Assembly: GCA_964493305.1 (NCBI GenBank)
Contig: CAZBLW010000001.1
Coordinates: forward strand, 17,743-81,742
Direction of reading: 5' to 3'
DNA: 64,000 nt
DNA from: an uncultured Gammaproteobacteria bacterium
GTDB taxonomy: Bacteria > Patescibacteriota > Patescibacteriia > S139-126
In this document: piece after piece, positions 1 through 7,880 of the stretch
Position numbering within the stretch: the stretch's first letter is position 1
Layout of the letters: each line of letters starts with the position of its first letter
The notes under the pieces: model-generated
The model's database searches: none
What the model was told of the DNA's origin: nothing
What the model saw: the letters and a program-made list of their open reading frames with translations, nothing else
Position numbers and translations under genes: made by a program

Positions 1-492
1 CTTGATCTCGTCTTCGGTTAAAAATTTACTTTCTTTGATTTTAAATAGTTTCAACAGCATTATATTGAAACTTCTTAACAACCAAACTACTGGAAAAAAT
101 AATATATAAATAAAAAATAAAAACGGGGCGAAATTTTGTGCAATTTTAATATTATTTTTTTGGGCAAACGATTTAGGTACAATTTCACCGAATATTAAAA
201 TTATCAAGGTAACCAAACCAGTAGCCAAACCAATACCAAAGCTTCCAAAAAGATTTACTGCGATATAGGTGGCTAAAGACGCAGCTAATATATTAACAAT
301 ATTATTACCGAGTAAAATTGTTATAAGAGTTTTTTGTGGCCATTTTTTTAATTTATAAATTAAATTGGCGTTTTTCTGTTTTTTTTGTAAAAGCAGACGA
401 ACTTGAGCGTGGTTAAGAGAAAACATGGCAATTTCTGCGGCAGAAAAAAAACCGGACAAAATAACTAAAATTATAAAAATAAAATATATCAT
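1..492 (-). CDS. CNNM/CorC/HlyC-family (DUF21 transmembrane domain) protein, N-terminal part; continues beyond window start
   Basis: Minus-strand frame open to the window edge. The ATG at 490-492 follows an in-frame TAA. Translation MIYFIFIILVILSGFFSAAEIA...SLNHAQVRLLL...ILLGNNIVNILAASLAT matches the DUF21 N-terminal TM pattern (FFSxxExA ... RxxL ... LIGNNxVNIxA). Not in the ORF track, probably because it is partial. Confidence 0.6.
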   Translation of the reverse strand, partial: MIYFIFIILVILSGFFSAAEIAMFSLNHAQVRLLLQKKQKNANLIYKLKKWPQKTLITILLGNNIVNILAASLATYIAVNLFGSFGIGLATGLVTLIILIFGEIVPKSFAQKNNIKIAQNFAPFLFFIYILFFPVVWLLRSFNIMLLKLFKIKESKFLTEDEIK

Positions 493-544
493 AACTAAAT
501 TTTAACATGTCTCACACAATTTTAAATATTATTTTACGACACTT

Positions 545-564
545 AATGTTCTACGTAGAACATT
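545..564. promoter_or_regulatory. 20-nt perfect palindrome AATGTTCTACGTAGAACATT, operator-like site upstream of the DUF21 gene
   Basis: Perfect dyad symmetry read directly from the sequence. It shares the core TGTTCnACGTnGAACA with a second palindrome at 1227-1242. Confidence 0.4.
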
Positions 565-587
565 GTGTTTCTGTTTATAAAGACAAA

Positions 588-607
588 ATCAGGGGCTGGC
601 CCCTGAT
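588..607 (-). terminator. GC-rich hairpin (ATCAGGGG-CTGG-CCCCTGAT), probable terminator of the minus-strand gene 710-1081
   Basis: 8-bp perfect stem in an AT-rich intergenic region. On the minus strand it is followed by a T-rich stretch. Confidence 0.45.
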
Positions 608-709
608 CTTATCGTGTTTATCTTAATACAATTGACAAATTTTGACAAGTGTATATTTACATTTTTTTATTTAATAAACTCTGATAATTGAATTAAAATT
701 ATTTTTTTA

Positions 710-1081
710 CTATTGATTTAATCCTACCCAAAACAAGAAAGCTCCAATTAAAAATATAACTGTACCCCAAAGTATTTGACCACCTTTAAACATTTGCGCT
801 TTTTTATTAACTCGATCGGGAAAACCGATTTTTTCTATACCTTTGAATAATGTAACCCAGCCTAATATTGTAATTGCAACTTCCCAACTCCAAACCCAAA
901 TATTATGAGCCACAACAGTGGCCAAACCGAGTAAAAAGGTAATGTAACCTGTTGAAATGGTTATGGTGCGCTCTTCAGTATATTCAATTATTCTTCCTAA
1001 CAACTTTGAGCCAATTGACATTGCCCCCAGAAGCATAAACAGACTTCCCCAAAATTTGGCTAAAAATATAGATATTTCCAT
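710..1081 (-). CDS. small polytopic membrane protein, function unknown
   Basis: ORF-track entry 710..1243 trimmed to the Met at 1081 (MEISIFLAKFWGSLF...). The upstream part of that frame runs through tRNA-Ala. The protein is hydrophobic with 3-4 predicted helices. Its start lies 23 nt downstream of the tRNA. Confidence 0.5.
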   Translation of the reverse strand: MEISIFLAKFWGSLFMLLGAMSIGSKLLGRIIEYTEERTITISTGYITFLLGLATVVAHNIWVWSWEVAITILGWVTLFKGIEKIGFPDRVNKKAQMFKGGQILWGTVIFLIGAFLFWVGLNQ

Positions 1082-1103
1082 AAAAATGAAAAATAATCTA
1101 ACT

Positions 1104-1180
<77 letters not shown>

Positions 1181-1195
1181 GGATATGCCGTAATA

Positions 1196-1225
1196 ATTAT
1201 GTCTTATCAAAAAAATATTGTCAAA
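1196..1225 (-). promoter_or_regulatory. putative sigma70-type promoter for the tRNA-Ala(GGC) unit
   Basis: Minus-strand TTGACA (plus 1220-1225), a 17-nt spacer, then CATAAT (plus 1196-1201), about 15 nt upstream of the tRNA 5' end. Confidence 0.4.
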
Positions 1226-1226
1226 A

Positions 1227-1242
1227 TGTTCCACGTGGAACA
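1227..1242. promoter_or_regulatory. 16-nt perfect palindrome TGTTCCACGTGGAACA immediately upstream of the -35 element of the tRNA-Ala promoter
   Basis: Perfect dyad. Same half-site family as 545-564 (TGTTCnACGTnGAACA). Confidence 0.4.
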
Positions 1243-1409
1243 ACTAATCAGAAAAATACATAAGTTTAAAGCGGTTACTTAAAAATTAAAATCATAGAAT
1301 AAATCAACGTTTTTATAATTTTAACAAAATAAAAGTAAATATTTGGAATTTATCGGGGGAATTAAATAAATTATTGAATATTTAATGATTTTTAACAAAT
1401 AGCCAAACT

Positions 1410-1742
1410 TTAAAAAATTAAGCTAAATAACCCAATTATCCAGCCGATAATCCCAATCCCAAAAATAACCTTCAAAACAAGTTCTAGCCATCTGTGCTTA
1501 ACCGCTATTATATTAATAACTTTCTGACCTTTTATTAAAAAAATAAAAATCAAGAGAATTATGATCTTTAATCCCCAAGAAAAAACAGGACTTTTAATAA
1601 AATTTTCCAATTTAACCAAATTGTAACCGAAAATTTCAAGTGGGACTACGATAAGCAAAAACCATCCGACAAGGTTTAAAATATATAAAGCAATTTTTAA
1701 TCTTAAAATTATGCTTTCTTTAAACTTTTGTTTCATATTCAA
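1410..1742 (-). CDS. small polytopic membrane protein, function unknown
   Basis: 110-aa ORF, strongly hydrophobic (LLIVVPLEIFG..., IIILLIFIFLI..., GIGIIGWIIGLFSLIF). Its start lies 25 nt downstream of tRNA-Ala(CGC). Confidence 0.5.
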   Translation of the reverse strand: MNMKQKFKESIILRLKIALYILNLVGWFLLIVVPLEIFGYNLVKLENFIKSPVFSWGLKIIILLIFIFLIKGQKVINIIAVKHRWLELVLKVIFGIGIIGWIIGLFSLIF

Positions 1743-1766
1743 CTTAGCTCAAATATTGATCTAGAT

Positions 1767-1843
1767 TGGTGGACCCGAGGGGAGTTGAACCCCTGACCTC
1801 TGCAATGCGAATGCAGCGCTCTAGCCAACTGAGCTACGGGCCC
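1767..1843 (-). tRNA. tRNA-Ala (anticodon CGC), CCA encoded
   Basis: Identical to the 1104-1180 tRNA except for the anticodon arm (CUGCA-UUCGCAU-UGCAG). G3:U70 is present. 77 nt. Confidence 0.9.
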
Positions 1844-1863
1844 AATTACCAATTACTAAGAAA

Positions 1864-1938
1864 TGGTGACCCCACCAGGAATTGAACCTGGATCTAAAAC
1901 TTAGGAGGTTTTTGTTTTATCCGTTAAACTATGGGGTC
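1864..1938 (-). tRNA. tRNA-Arg (anticodon CCT), CCA encoded
   Basis: Fold GACCCCA-UA-GUUU-AACGGAUA-AAAC-A-AAAAC-CUCCUAA-GUUUU-AGAUC-CAGGU-UCAAUUC-CUGGU-GGGGUC-ACCA. Confidence 0.85.
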
Positions 1939-2103
1939 TTTATTTAATATTAGCCAAAATATAAGTGTCGTAAAATATAATAAATTACTTAAACGTTTAT
2001 CAACTCAAAGTTTATCATGGTTTTAGCTTTTTTTCCAGGTCAAAAAACTTTTGTTTTTATGCTAAAAGATTTAAAATAATATTACTAATAATTAAATTAA
2101 AAT

Positions 2104-2460
2104 ATGAAAGATAAAAATTTAAACGAATCTCAAACAATCATCGGTCACGGAGTTAGTGTTGAGGGTGATTTTACTGGTCAAGGCGATGTTATAGTTGAAG
2201 GTAAATTAAAAGGTAATATCAAGACGACACAAGATCTTACTGTTGGTAAGGATGCTGAAATTGAAGCTAATATTAGTGCAGAAAATGCTACAATTTCTGG
2301 CGTGGTAAAAGGTGATGTAAAAATTGCTCACAGTCTTTTAATAACCAAAACCGCTCGAATAGAAGGAAACATCACCTGTGATATTTTAACTATTGAAGCT
2401 GGTAGTTATTTTCAAGGTAATTGCCAAATGTCGACCAAAAAACCAATAGAAAACGCATAA
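2104..2460 (+). CDS. bactofilin-family cytoskeletal protein
   Basis: 118 aa with a repetitive beta-helix pattern (GDxxVEGKLKGNIKT...VGKDAEIEANI...ISGVVKGDVK...ARIEGNITCD) typical of bactofilin (DUF583). Confidence 0.75.
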   Translation: MKDKNLNESQTIIGHGVSVEGDFTGQGDVIVEGKLKGNIKTTQDLTVGKDAEIEANISAENATISGVVKGDVKIAHSLLITKTARIEGNITCDILTIEAGSYFQGNCQMSTKKPIENA

Positions 2461-2476
2461 TAATTGATATTTTTTT

Positions 2477-3232
2477 ATGTACTATTATGTGTACGATCAT
2501 TTTGTTGGCGAAAAAAAATATCAACCGCTGATAGCTAAAATTGAAAATCGATTAACTGATTTGGAAATAAAAGGTAAGATTGGACGTTTAAGTTTATTAA
2601 ACAACCCTCAAGAATTAATTGAGGATGAAATAAAAAAGGGCGCTAAAACAATTGTGGCAGTTGGCGACGACACAACAGTAAGTAAGGTTATAAATGTCTT
2701 AGCTTATCACAGCGATGTTTGTTTAGGTATTATTCCTATCGGTCAAAATTTAAAAATCGCTCAAACCCTTGGTCTTAACAATCCGGTAGAGGCTTGTAAT
2801 GCTTTGGCGTCAAGGATTATAAAAAAAATTGACATGGGTAAAATCAAAAATTTCTTTTTTTTGTCACAATTAGAAGTACAACCGGGTGAAGTTGTTTTAG
2901 AATGTGATGATTCATATAAAATTACAGTTGATCAAAAAAATCAGGTGACAATTTATAATTTTAATTATTGGTCCGATGATCACTTAGCCAACCCTACCGA
3001 CGGTTTGTTGGAAACAACAATTTTCAACTATAAGAAAAATTTTTTGAATAAACTTACAACTAAAAATTTTATACCTACTTTATTAAAAAACAAAAAAATT
3101 ATTATCCAACATAAAAATGAGGCGGTACAAGTAAAAATTGATGGGCAACAGACAATGAAAACGCCACTTTTGGTAGAAGTGGCTAGCGAAAAATTAAAAA
3201 TTATTATGGGAAAAAATAGGATCTTTACCTGA
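2477..3232 (+). CDS. diacylglycerol-kinase catalytic-domain (DAGK_cat, YegS/BmrU-like) lipid kinase
   Basis: VAVGDDTTVSKVINVL...LGIIPIGQNLKIAQTLG matches the DAGK_cat ATP-binding region. Confidence 0.55.
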   Translation: MYYYVYDHFVGEKKYQPLIAKIENRLTDLEIKGKIGRLSLLNNPQELIEDEIKKGAKTIVAVGDDTTVSKVINVLAYHSDVCLGIIPIGQNLKIAQTLGLNNPVEACNALASRIIKKIDMGKIKNFFFLSQLEVQPGEVVLECDDSYKITVDQKNQVTIYNFNYWSDDHLANPTDGLLETTIFNYKKNFLNKLTTKNFIPTLLKNKKIIIQHKNEAVQVKIDGQQTMKTPLLVEVASEKLKIIMGKNRIFT

Positions 3233-3234
3233 TT

Positions 3235-3546
3235 TTATTGGGTAATATCAATAAAAACCACCGGGCTAGGATCTTCTACCGGTGTATTTTTTTGCTTATT
3301 TTTCCTTTTAATAATTTTGACAACATCTTCTTCAACTATCATTTTTGTGCTGTTGATTTCAATTACTTGCCTGGGGGAAATCAATAAAACTGCAGATACA
3401 AATTGACCAAAAGCACTTGACTTGACGGCATACTTTTCAACAATATGTTCTTTTTCATTAATTTCTATAAAACTTACTTTGCCAATTTTTGTTCCGGATT
3501 CAGTGAAAACTGGTAAATTAGTCAGTTGTTTTGAGTTTAGAGTCAT
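3235..3546 (-). CDS. small PRC-barrel-like domain protein (YlmC/YmxH-like)
   Basis: 103 aa with the pattern L..LPVFTESGTKIGKVSFIEINEKEHIVEKYAV. It sits immediately downstream of yidC, where Jag/PRC-type small proteins often occur. Confidence 0.35.
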   Translation of the reverse strand: MTLNSKQLTNLPVFTESGTKIGKVSFIEINEKEHIVEKYAVKSSAFGQFVSAVLLISPRQVIEINSTKMIVEEDVVKIIKRKNKQKNTPVEDPSPVVFIDITQ

Positions 3547-4255
3547 GGTGGTTGTTTTTAAACACGATTAATTGCTGTAAACCGGTTAGAACAGTATTGA
3601 TAAACCAATATAAGGTGAGGCCTGCTGGAAAAGACAAGCCAATAAAAACGGTAAATATCGGCATAACATAAATCATCTGCTTGTTCATAATTGCGGCTAG
3701 GTTTTCATCTTTTGATCCGGGAGTATTTATTTCTGGTCGTTTAGTTGACAACATTCTTCCTTGCCAAAACTGAGCAGCTCCTGCTAGTAAAGCCAACCAA
3801 ATGCTTCTTTGCGACAATTCGATAAAACCAAAAGCCAAGGTATTTAAACTACCGGGATTATGTATAAAAGGATACAAATATTCTAAATAACCATTGGCTA
3901 GTCCGGTACGAAAGACTTGATAAACAGCTATTAAGAAGGGGAGTTGAACCAAAATTGGCAAGCAAGATGAGGCGGGATTAATTTTTTCGTTTTTATATAA
4001 CTCCATGGTGGCCTTGGCTTGAGCTTCTCTATCTTGACCATACTTTTCTTTGATAGCGGTAAGTTTGGGTTGTAATTCTTGTAAGGCCTTTTGTGATATA
4101 ATCGCCTTTTTATTAAGTGGGTACAGTAATAATTTGATTAATATTGTGAGAACTATTATTGCCAAGCCCAAATCAGACCAAGGCAAAACGTCGTATAGCC
4201 AAACCAACAAGTTTAGTAATGGTACATAAAAAATTGTTTTAAAAAATTCAATCAT
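3518..4255 (-). CDS. yidC: membrane protein insertase YidC (short Gram-positive/Oxa1 type)
   Basis: 245 aa with LLYPLNKKAIISQKALQELQPKLTAIKEKYGQD...MELYKNEKINPASSCLPILVQLPFLIAVYQV. Conserved rnpA-yidD-yidC order. Confidence 0.9.
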   Translation of the reverse strand: MIEFFKTIFYVPLLNLLVWLYDVLPWSDLGLAIIVLTILIKLLLYPLNKKAIISQKALQELQPKLTAIKEKYGQDREAQAKATMELYKNEKINPASSCLPILVQLPFLIAVYQVFRTGLANGYLEYLYPFIHNPGSLNTLAFGFIELSQRSIWLALLAGAAQFWQGRMLSTKRPEINTPGSKDENLAAIMNKQMIYVMPIFTVFIGLSFPAGLTLYWFINTVLTGLQQLIVFKNNHHDSKLKTTD

Positions 4256-4259
4256 TTAT

Positions 4260-4517
4260 TTATTTTATAGGATCATAACCTCCCTTGCTAAAAGGGTGAC
4301 ACCGCAACAATCGATAAAAACCAAGCCCCAGACCTTTTATTAGACCCTTTTTGTTTATAGCATCCACAGTGTATTGTGAACAGGTGGGATAAAAACGGCA
4401 AGTGCCATAAGGTTTTAAAATTTTTATATACCCATGATCAAGCGAAAAAATTTTCTGATAAACTTTTATTATCAAAATAAGGGCCTGGCTTATTTTCTTT
4501 TCTAATTTCAATAACAT
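4260..4517 (-). CDS. yidD: membrane protein insertion efficiency factor YidD
   Basis: [41 protein letters not shown] is the DUF37/YidD signature. Confidence 0.9.
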   Translation of the reverse strand: MLLKLEKKISQALILIIKVYQKIFSLDHGYIKILKPYGTCRFYPTCSQYTVDAINKKGLIKGLGLGFYRLLRCHPFSKGGYDPIK

Positions 4518-4834
4518 ATTTTATTTAAATCCGCCGAAATCTCTTGATGGGTCTTACCAATAGCTGAATTTTTAACAACCAACATATAATCAAAAGGCGG
4601 AATTTTATCTTTAATCTTATATAAGTCGCTTTTTATCCAACGACGCAATAAATTACGTTTAGTGGCTAGTTTAGATGTTTTCTGGGAAATTACTATACCA
4701 AAACGTGGGTTTTTTTGTTCTGGTTTTGATTTATAAATATAAAAAATAAAAAAGTTTGAATGTCTTTTTTTTCCTTTTTTAGCCACTTGGGCAAAATCCG
4801 CTTGCCTTTGTAAACGATAGGCCGGTGATAACAT
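4508..4834 (-). CDS. rnpA: ribonuclease P protein component RnpA
   Basis: 108 aa, basic, with the [17 protein letters not shown]...[10 protein letters not shown] pattern. Sits between rpmH and yidD. Confidence 0.9.
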   Translation of the reverse strand: MLSPAYRLQRQADFAQVAKKGKKRHSNFFIFYIYKSKPEQKNPRFGIVISQKTSKLATKRNLLRRWIKSDLYKIKDKIPPFDYMLVVKNSAIGKTHQEISADLNKICY

Positions 4835-4838
4835 AGCT

Positions 4839-4979
4839 TTAACTAACGCTCAATCGTTGTCTTTGTTTGTTTCTTCTTCTTTTTAGGACTTTTTTGCCTT
4901 TGGTTGAAGAGTTTCTTGCTCTAAAACCGTGTGTTTTTATTCTTTTTCTTTTTTTTGGTTGATAGGTTCTTTTAGGCAT
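4839..4979 (-). CDS. rpmH: 50S ribosomal protein L34
   Basis: Not in the ORF track. Hand translation of the minus strand gives [46 protein letters not shown] (46 aa), the canonical L34 pattern. It lies immediately upstream of rnpA. Confidence 0.9.
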   Translation of the reverse strand: MPKRTYQPKKRKRIKTHGFRARNSSTKGKKVLKRRRNKQRQRLSVS

Positions 4980-5169
4980 ATTTTTAATTAGTAAAATAAA
5001 TATATCAAGAAGTTATCATTAGGTCAAAAAAATAATTTTGTTTTTGTTTTTTCAGTTTTCACAATTTTTCAACATCTTATCACCTTTTTAAATTAATTGG
5101 ATGGTTTTTAAAAATAATCAGCAATGCTATAATGTGAAACGTTATTAGTAAAAAATAATTAAAACAAAT

Positions 5170-6540
5170 ATGGACTCAAAACAACTTTGGGAGGCAATCT
5201 TAGGCGAACTAGAACTCAGTCTGAGCAAAGCTAATTTCACTACCTGGTTCAAAAATACTTTTATTTTACAAATGAATGATCACGAAATTATTGTGGCCGT
5301 TCCAAACGCTTTCACCAAAGCTTGGTTAGAAAAAAAATATCACAAATATATTACTGATGCTCTAAAAAATGTTAGTGATAAAACCTTTACCAAGGTTAAT
5401 TATGTCGTAGAAACCAAAGAAAAACAAGCTGTTAACCCAAACACTGAAAATGATTTTGGTCTAATAGAAAATCAGCCCGTCTCTACACCAAATAATCACC
5501 CGGTTACCAATAATAAAGTCGGTCTAAATCCAAAATACACATTTGAAAGTTTCGTGGTTGGTAAGGGTAATGAGTTGGCACACGCTGCTTGTTTGGCAGT
5601 AGCAAAAAAACCGGGTGAAGTTTATAACCCGCTTTTTATTTATGGAGGGGTGGGTTTAGGTAAAACCCATTTAATGCAAGCGGTGGGTAATTTTATTTTA
5701 AACGAACAAACCAACAAAAAGGTCCTTTATGTTACCAGTGAAAAATTTACCAATGACTTCATACAACTAGTGCAACAAGGTGAAGCCAAAAAATTCAAAG
5801 AAAAATATCGCAACATTGATGTTTTGTTGGTTGATGATATCCAATTTTTAGCTGGCAAAGAGCAAACTCAAGAAGAATTTTTCCATACCTTCAATACCCT
5901 TCATCAAGAAAACAAACAAATAATTATTTCTTCTGATCGACCACCCAAAGCTATTCCTGCGCTGGAACAAAGGCTTATTTCTCGTTTTGAATGGGGGATG
6001 ATTGTTGATGTAAATGCCCCTGATTTAGAGACCAGAATTGCTATTATTGCTACTAAAATGAAGGAAAAAAACCTATCTTTATCTGATGAAATTGTCCGTA
6101 TAATTGCTACTTCGGTACAAAATAATGTGCGGGAATTGGAAGGAATCCTAAATAAAATTATTGCCTTTCATCAACTTAATAACACCCCACCGACAGAAGA
6201 CAGTGTAAAAAGTATAATTTCCTCCTTGTCCACTAATATTAAAAGAAGTCATATTACTCCTAAAAAATTAATTCAGACTGTTGCTGCTTACTTTGATATT
6301 GATACTGATGGTCTGGTGGGGAATAGCAGAAAAAAAGAATTGGTAGTGCCTAGACAAATAGTCATGTTTTTAATGAGAGAAGAATTAGACGCGTCTTATC
6401 CTAATATCGGACAAGAGTTGGGAGGAAGGGATCATACTACTGCAATGCATGCTTGTAACAAAATTAGTAAGGAAGTTGAAAGTGATGAAAAGATTGCTCG
6501 TGACATCGAAATGATTAAACAGCGCTTATACAATGGTTAA
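5170..6540 (+). CDS. dnaA: chromosomal replication initiator DnaA
   Basis: 456 aa. N-terminal MDSKQLWEAILGELELSLSKANFTTWF, AAA+ Walker A GGVGLGKTHL, Walker B LLVDDIQFL, and a C-terminal DNA-binding domain. Confidence 0.95.
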   Translation: MDSKQLWEAILGELELSLSKANFTTWFKNTFILQMNDHEIIVAVPNAFTKAWLEKKYHKYITDALKNVSDKTFTKVNYVVETKEKQAVNPNTENDFGLIENQPVSTPNNHPVTNNKVGLNPKYTFESFVVGKGNELAHAACLAVAKKPGEVYNPLFIYGGVGLGKTHLMQAVGNFILNEQTNKKVLYVTSEKFTNDFIQLVQQGEAKKFKEKYRNIDVLLVDDIQFLAGKEQTQEEFFHTFNTLHQENKQIIISSDRPPKAIPALEQRLISRFEWGMIVDVNAPDLETRIAIIATKMKEKNLSLSDEIVRIIATSVQNNVRELEGILNKIIAFHQLNNTPPTEDSVKSIISSLSTNIKRSHITPKKLIQTVAAYFDIDTDGLVGNSRKKELVVPRQIVMFLMREELDASYPNIGQELGGRDHTTAMHACNKISKEVESDEKIARDIEMIKQRLYNG

Positions 6541-6775
6541 TTTATTTAAAAGCTGTTAATAAGTTACTGAAAGGTTTGTTATTTTCTTTTGATAATTTTT
6601 AGATAAAAGGTTAACAAAAAAATAAAAAAAATAAAAAAATTTCTTTTCAATATTTTATACACTTTTTTTACTAGGAGAAGCAAAAAATTTTTTTACTTAA
6701 GATTATATAAAATTTTTTATTTTCCACTGTTTCCACAACACCTATTATTATTGCTTTTAAAATTATTTATAATAT

Positions 6776-7879
6776 ATGAAATTCATATGCACTCAAGAAA
6801 ATTTAAAAAGAGGTTTGGGTTTGGTTTCACACCTAGCAGGTAGAAATCAAAATTTACCAATTCTTAATAACGTTTTATTGGAAGCCAAGGGTGGTGGTTT
6901 AATTTTATCAACTACTAATTTAGAAATAGGTATTAAAAGCAATATTAGAGGCAAGGTAGAAAAAGAAGGTTCGCTGACGGTACCTGCGCGTTTATTTTTT
7001 GATTATATTCAAAGTATTAGAGGTGAAAAAATTGAGATCGAAAGCAAAGGAAACAATTTGGAAATAAAAACGGAAAGTTCCCAAACAGTACTCAAAGGGC
7101 TGGATTATTCAGAGTTTCCACTTATTCCAGAAATTGAAAAAAAAATATCAATAACCCTAAACGCAGGTGAACTCAAGGAAGCCCTTAACCTAGTTTTATT
7201 TGCTACAGCAATGGACAACGCCAGGCCAGAAATAAGCGGAGTATTATTTAATTTTGAAAACAATCAACTTACTCTTGCTGCCACTGACAGCTATCGTTTG
7301 GCCGAAAAGAAAATTAATATAAAAAATAGTTTGGAAAAAGAAAAAAAATTAATAATTCCCGCCTTTACCTTACAAGAATTAAGCAGACTAATAAGTGAGG
7401 TTGATAAAAAAGAAAGTTTACAAATGAATATCAATGAAAACCAAGTGAGCTTTGAGTGTGATGCTACCGTTATGATATCTCGTATAACCGAAGGGGAATA
7501 TCCTGATTATAAACAAATAATACCTCAAGACACCAAAACCAAAGTAACCGTGGATAAAAATATTTTACAACAGAACATAAAAGCAGCGAGTTTGTTTTGT
7601 AGACAAGGAATCAATGATCTTAATTTATTTTTTTATGAAAATAAAATTGAAATCAGGGCGCTAAACGACCAGTTGGGTGAAAGTAAAAACGTTGTTGAGG
7701 GCAAAATAGAAGGAGAAAAAAACCAAATTATTTTTAATTATCATTACTTACTAGATGTTTTATCTAGTATGAGTTCTAACGAAGTGGTAATAAAAATAAA
7801 TAATCCCGAAATGCCGGGATTAATAAAGCCTTTAGCCGGAGAGGATTATTTGTATATAATTATGCCAATTAAACAATAA
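6776..7879 (+). CDS. dnaN: DNA polymerase III beta sliding clamp DnaN
   Basis: 367 aa with a three-domain clamp pattern. Directly downstream of dnaA. Confidence 0.9.
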   Translation: MKFICTQENLKRGLGLVSHLAGRNQNLPILNNVLLEAKGGGLILSTTNLEIGIKSNIRGKVEKEGSLTVPARLFFDYIQSIRGEKIEIESKGNNLEIKTESSQTVLKGLDYSEFPLIPEIEKKISITLNAGELKEALNLVLFATAMDNARPEISGVLFNFENNQLTLAATDSYRLAEKKINIKNSLEKEKKLIIPAFTLQELSRLISEVDKKESLQMNINENQVSFECDATVMISRITEGEYPDYKQIIPQDTKTKVTVDKNILQQNIKAASLFCRQGINDLNLFFYENKIEIRALNDQLGESKNVVEGKIEGEKNQIIFNYHYLLDVLSSMSSNEVVIKINNPEMPGLIKPLAGEDYLYIIMPIKQ

Positions 7880-7880
7880 A

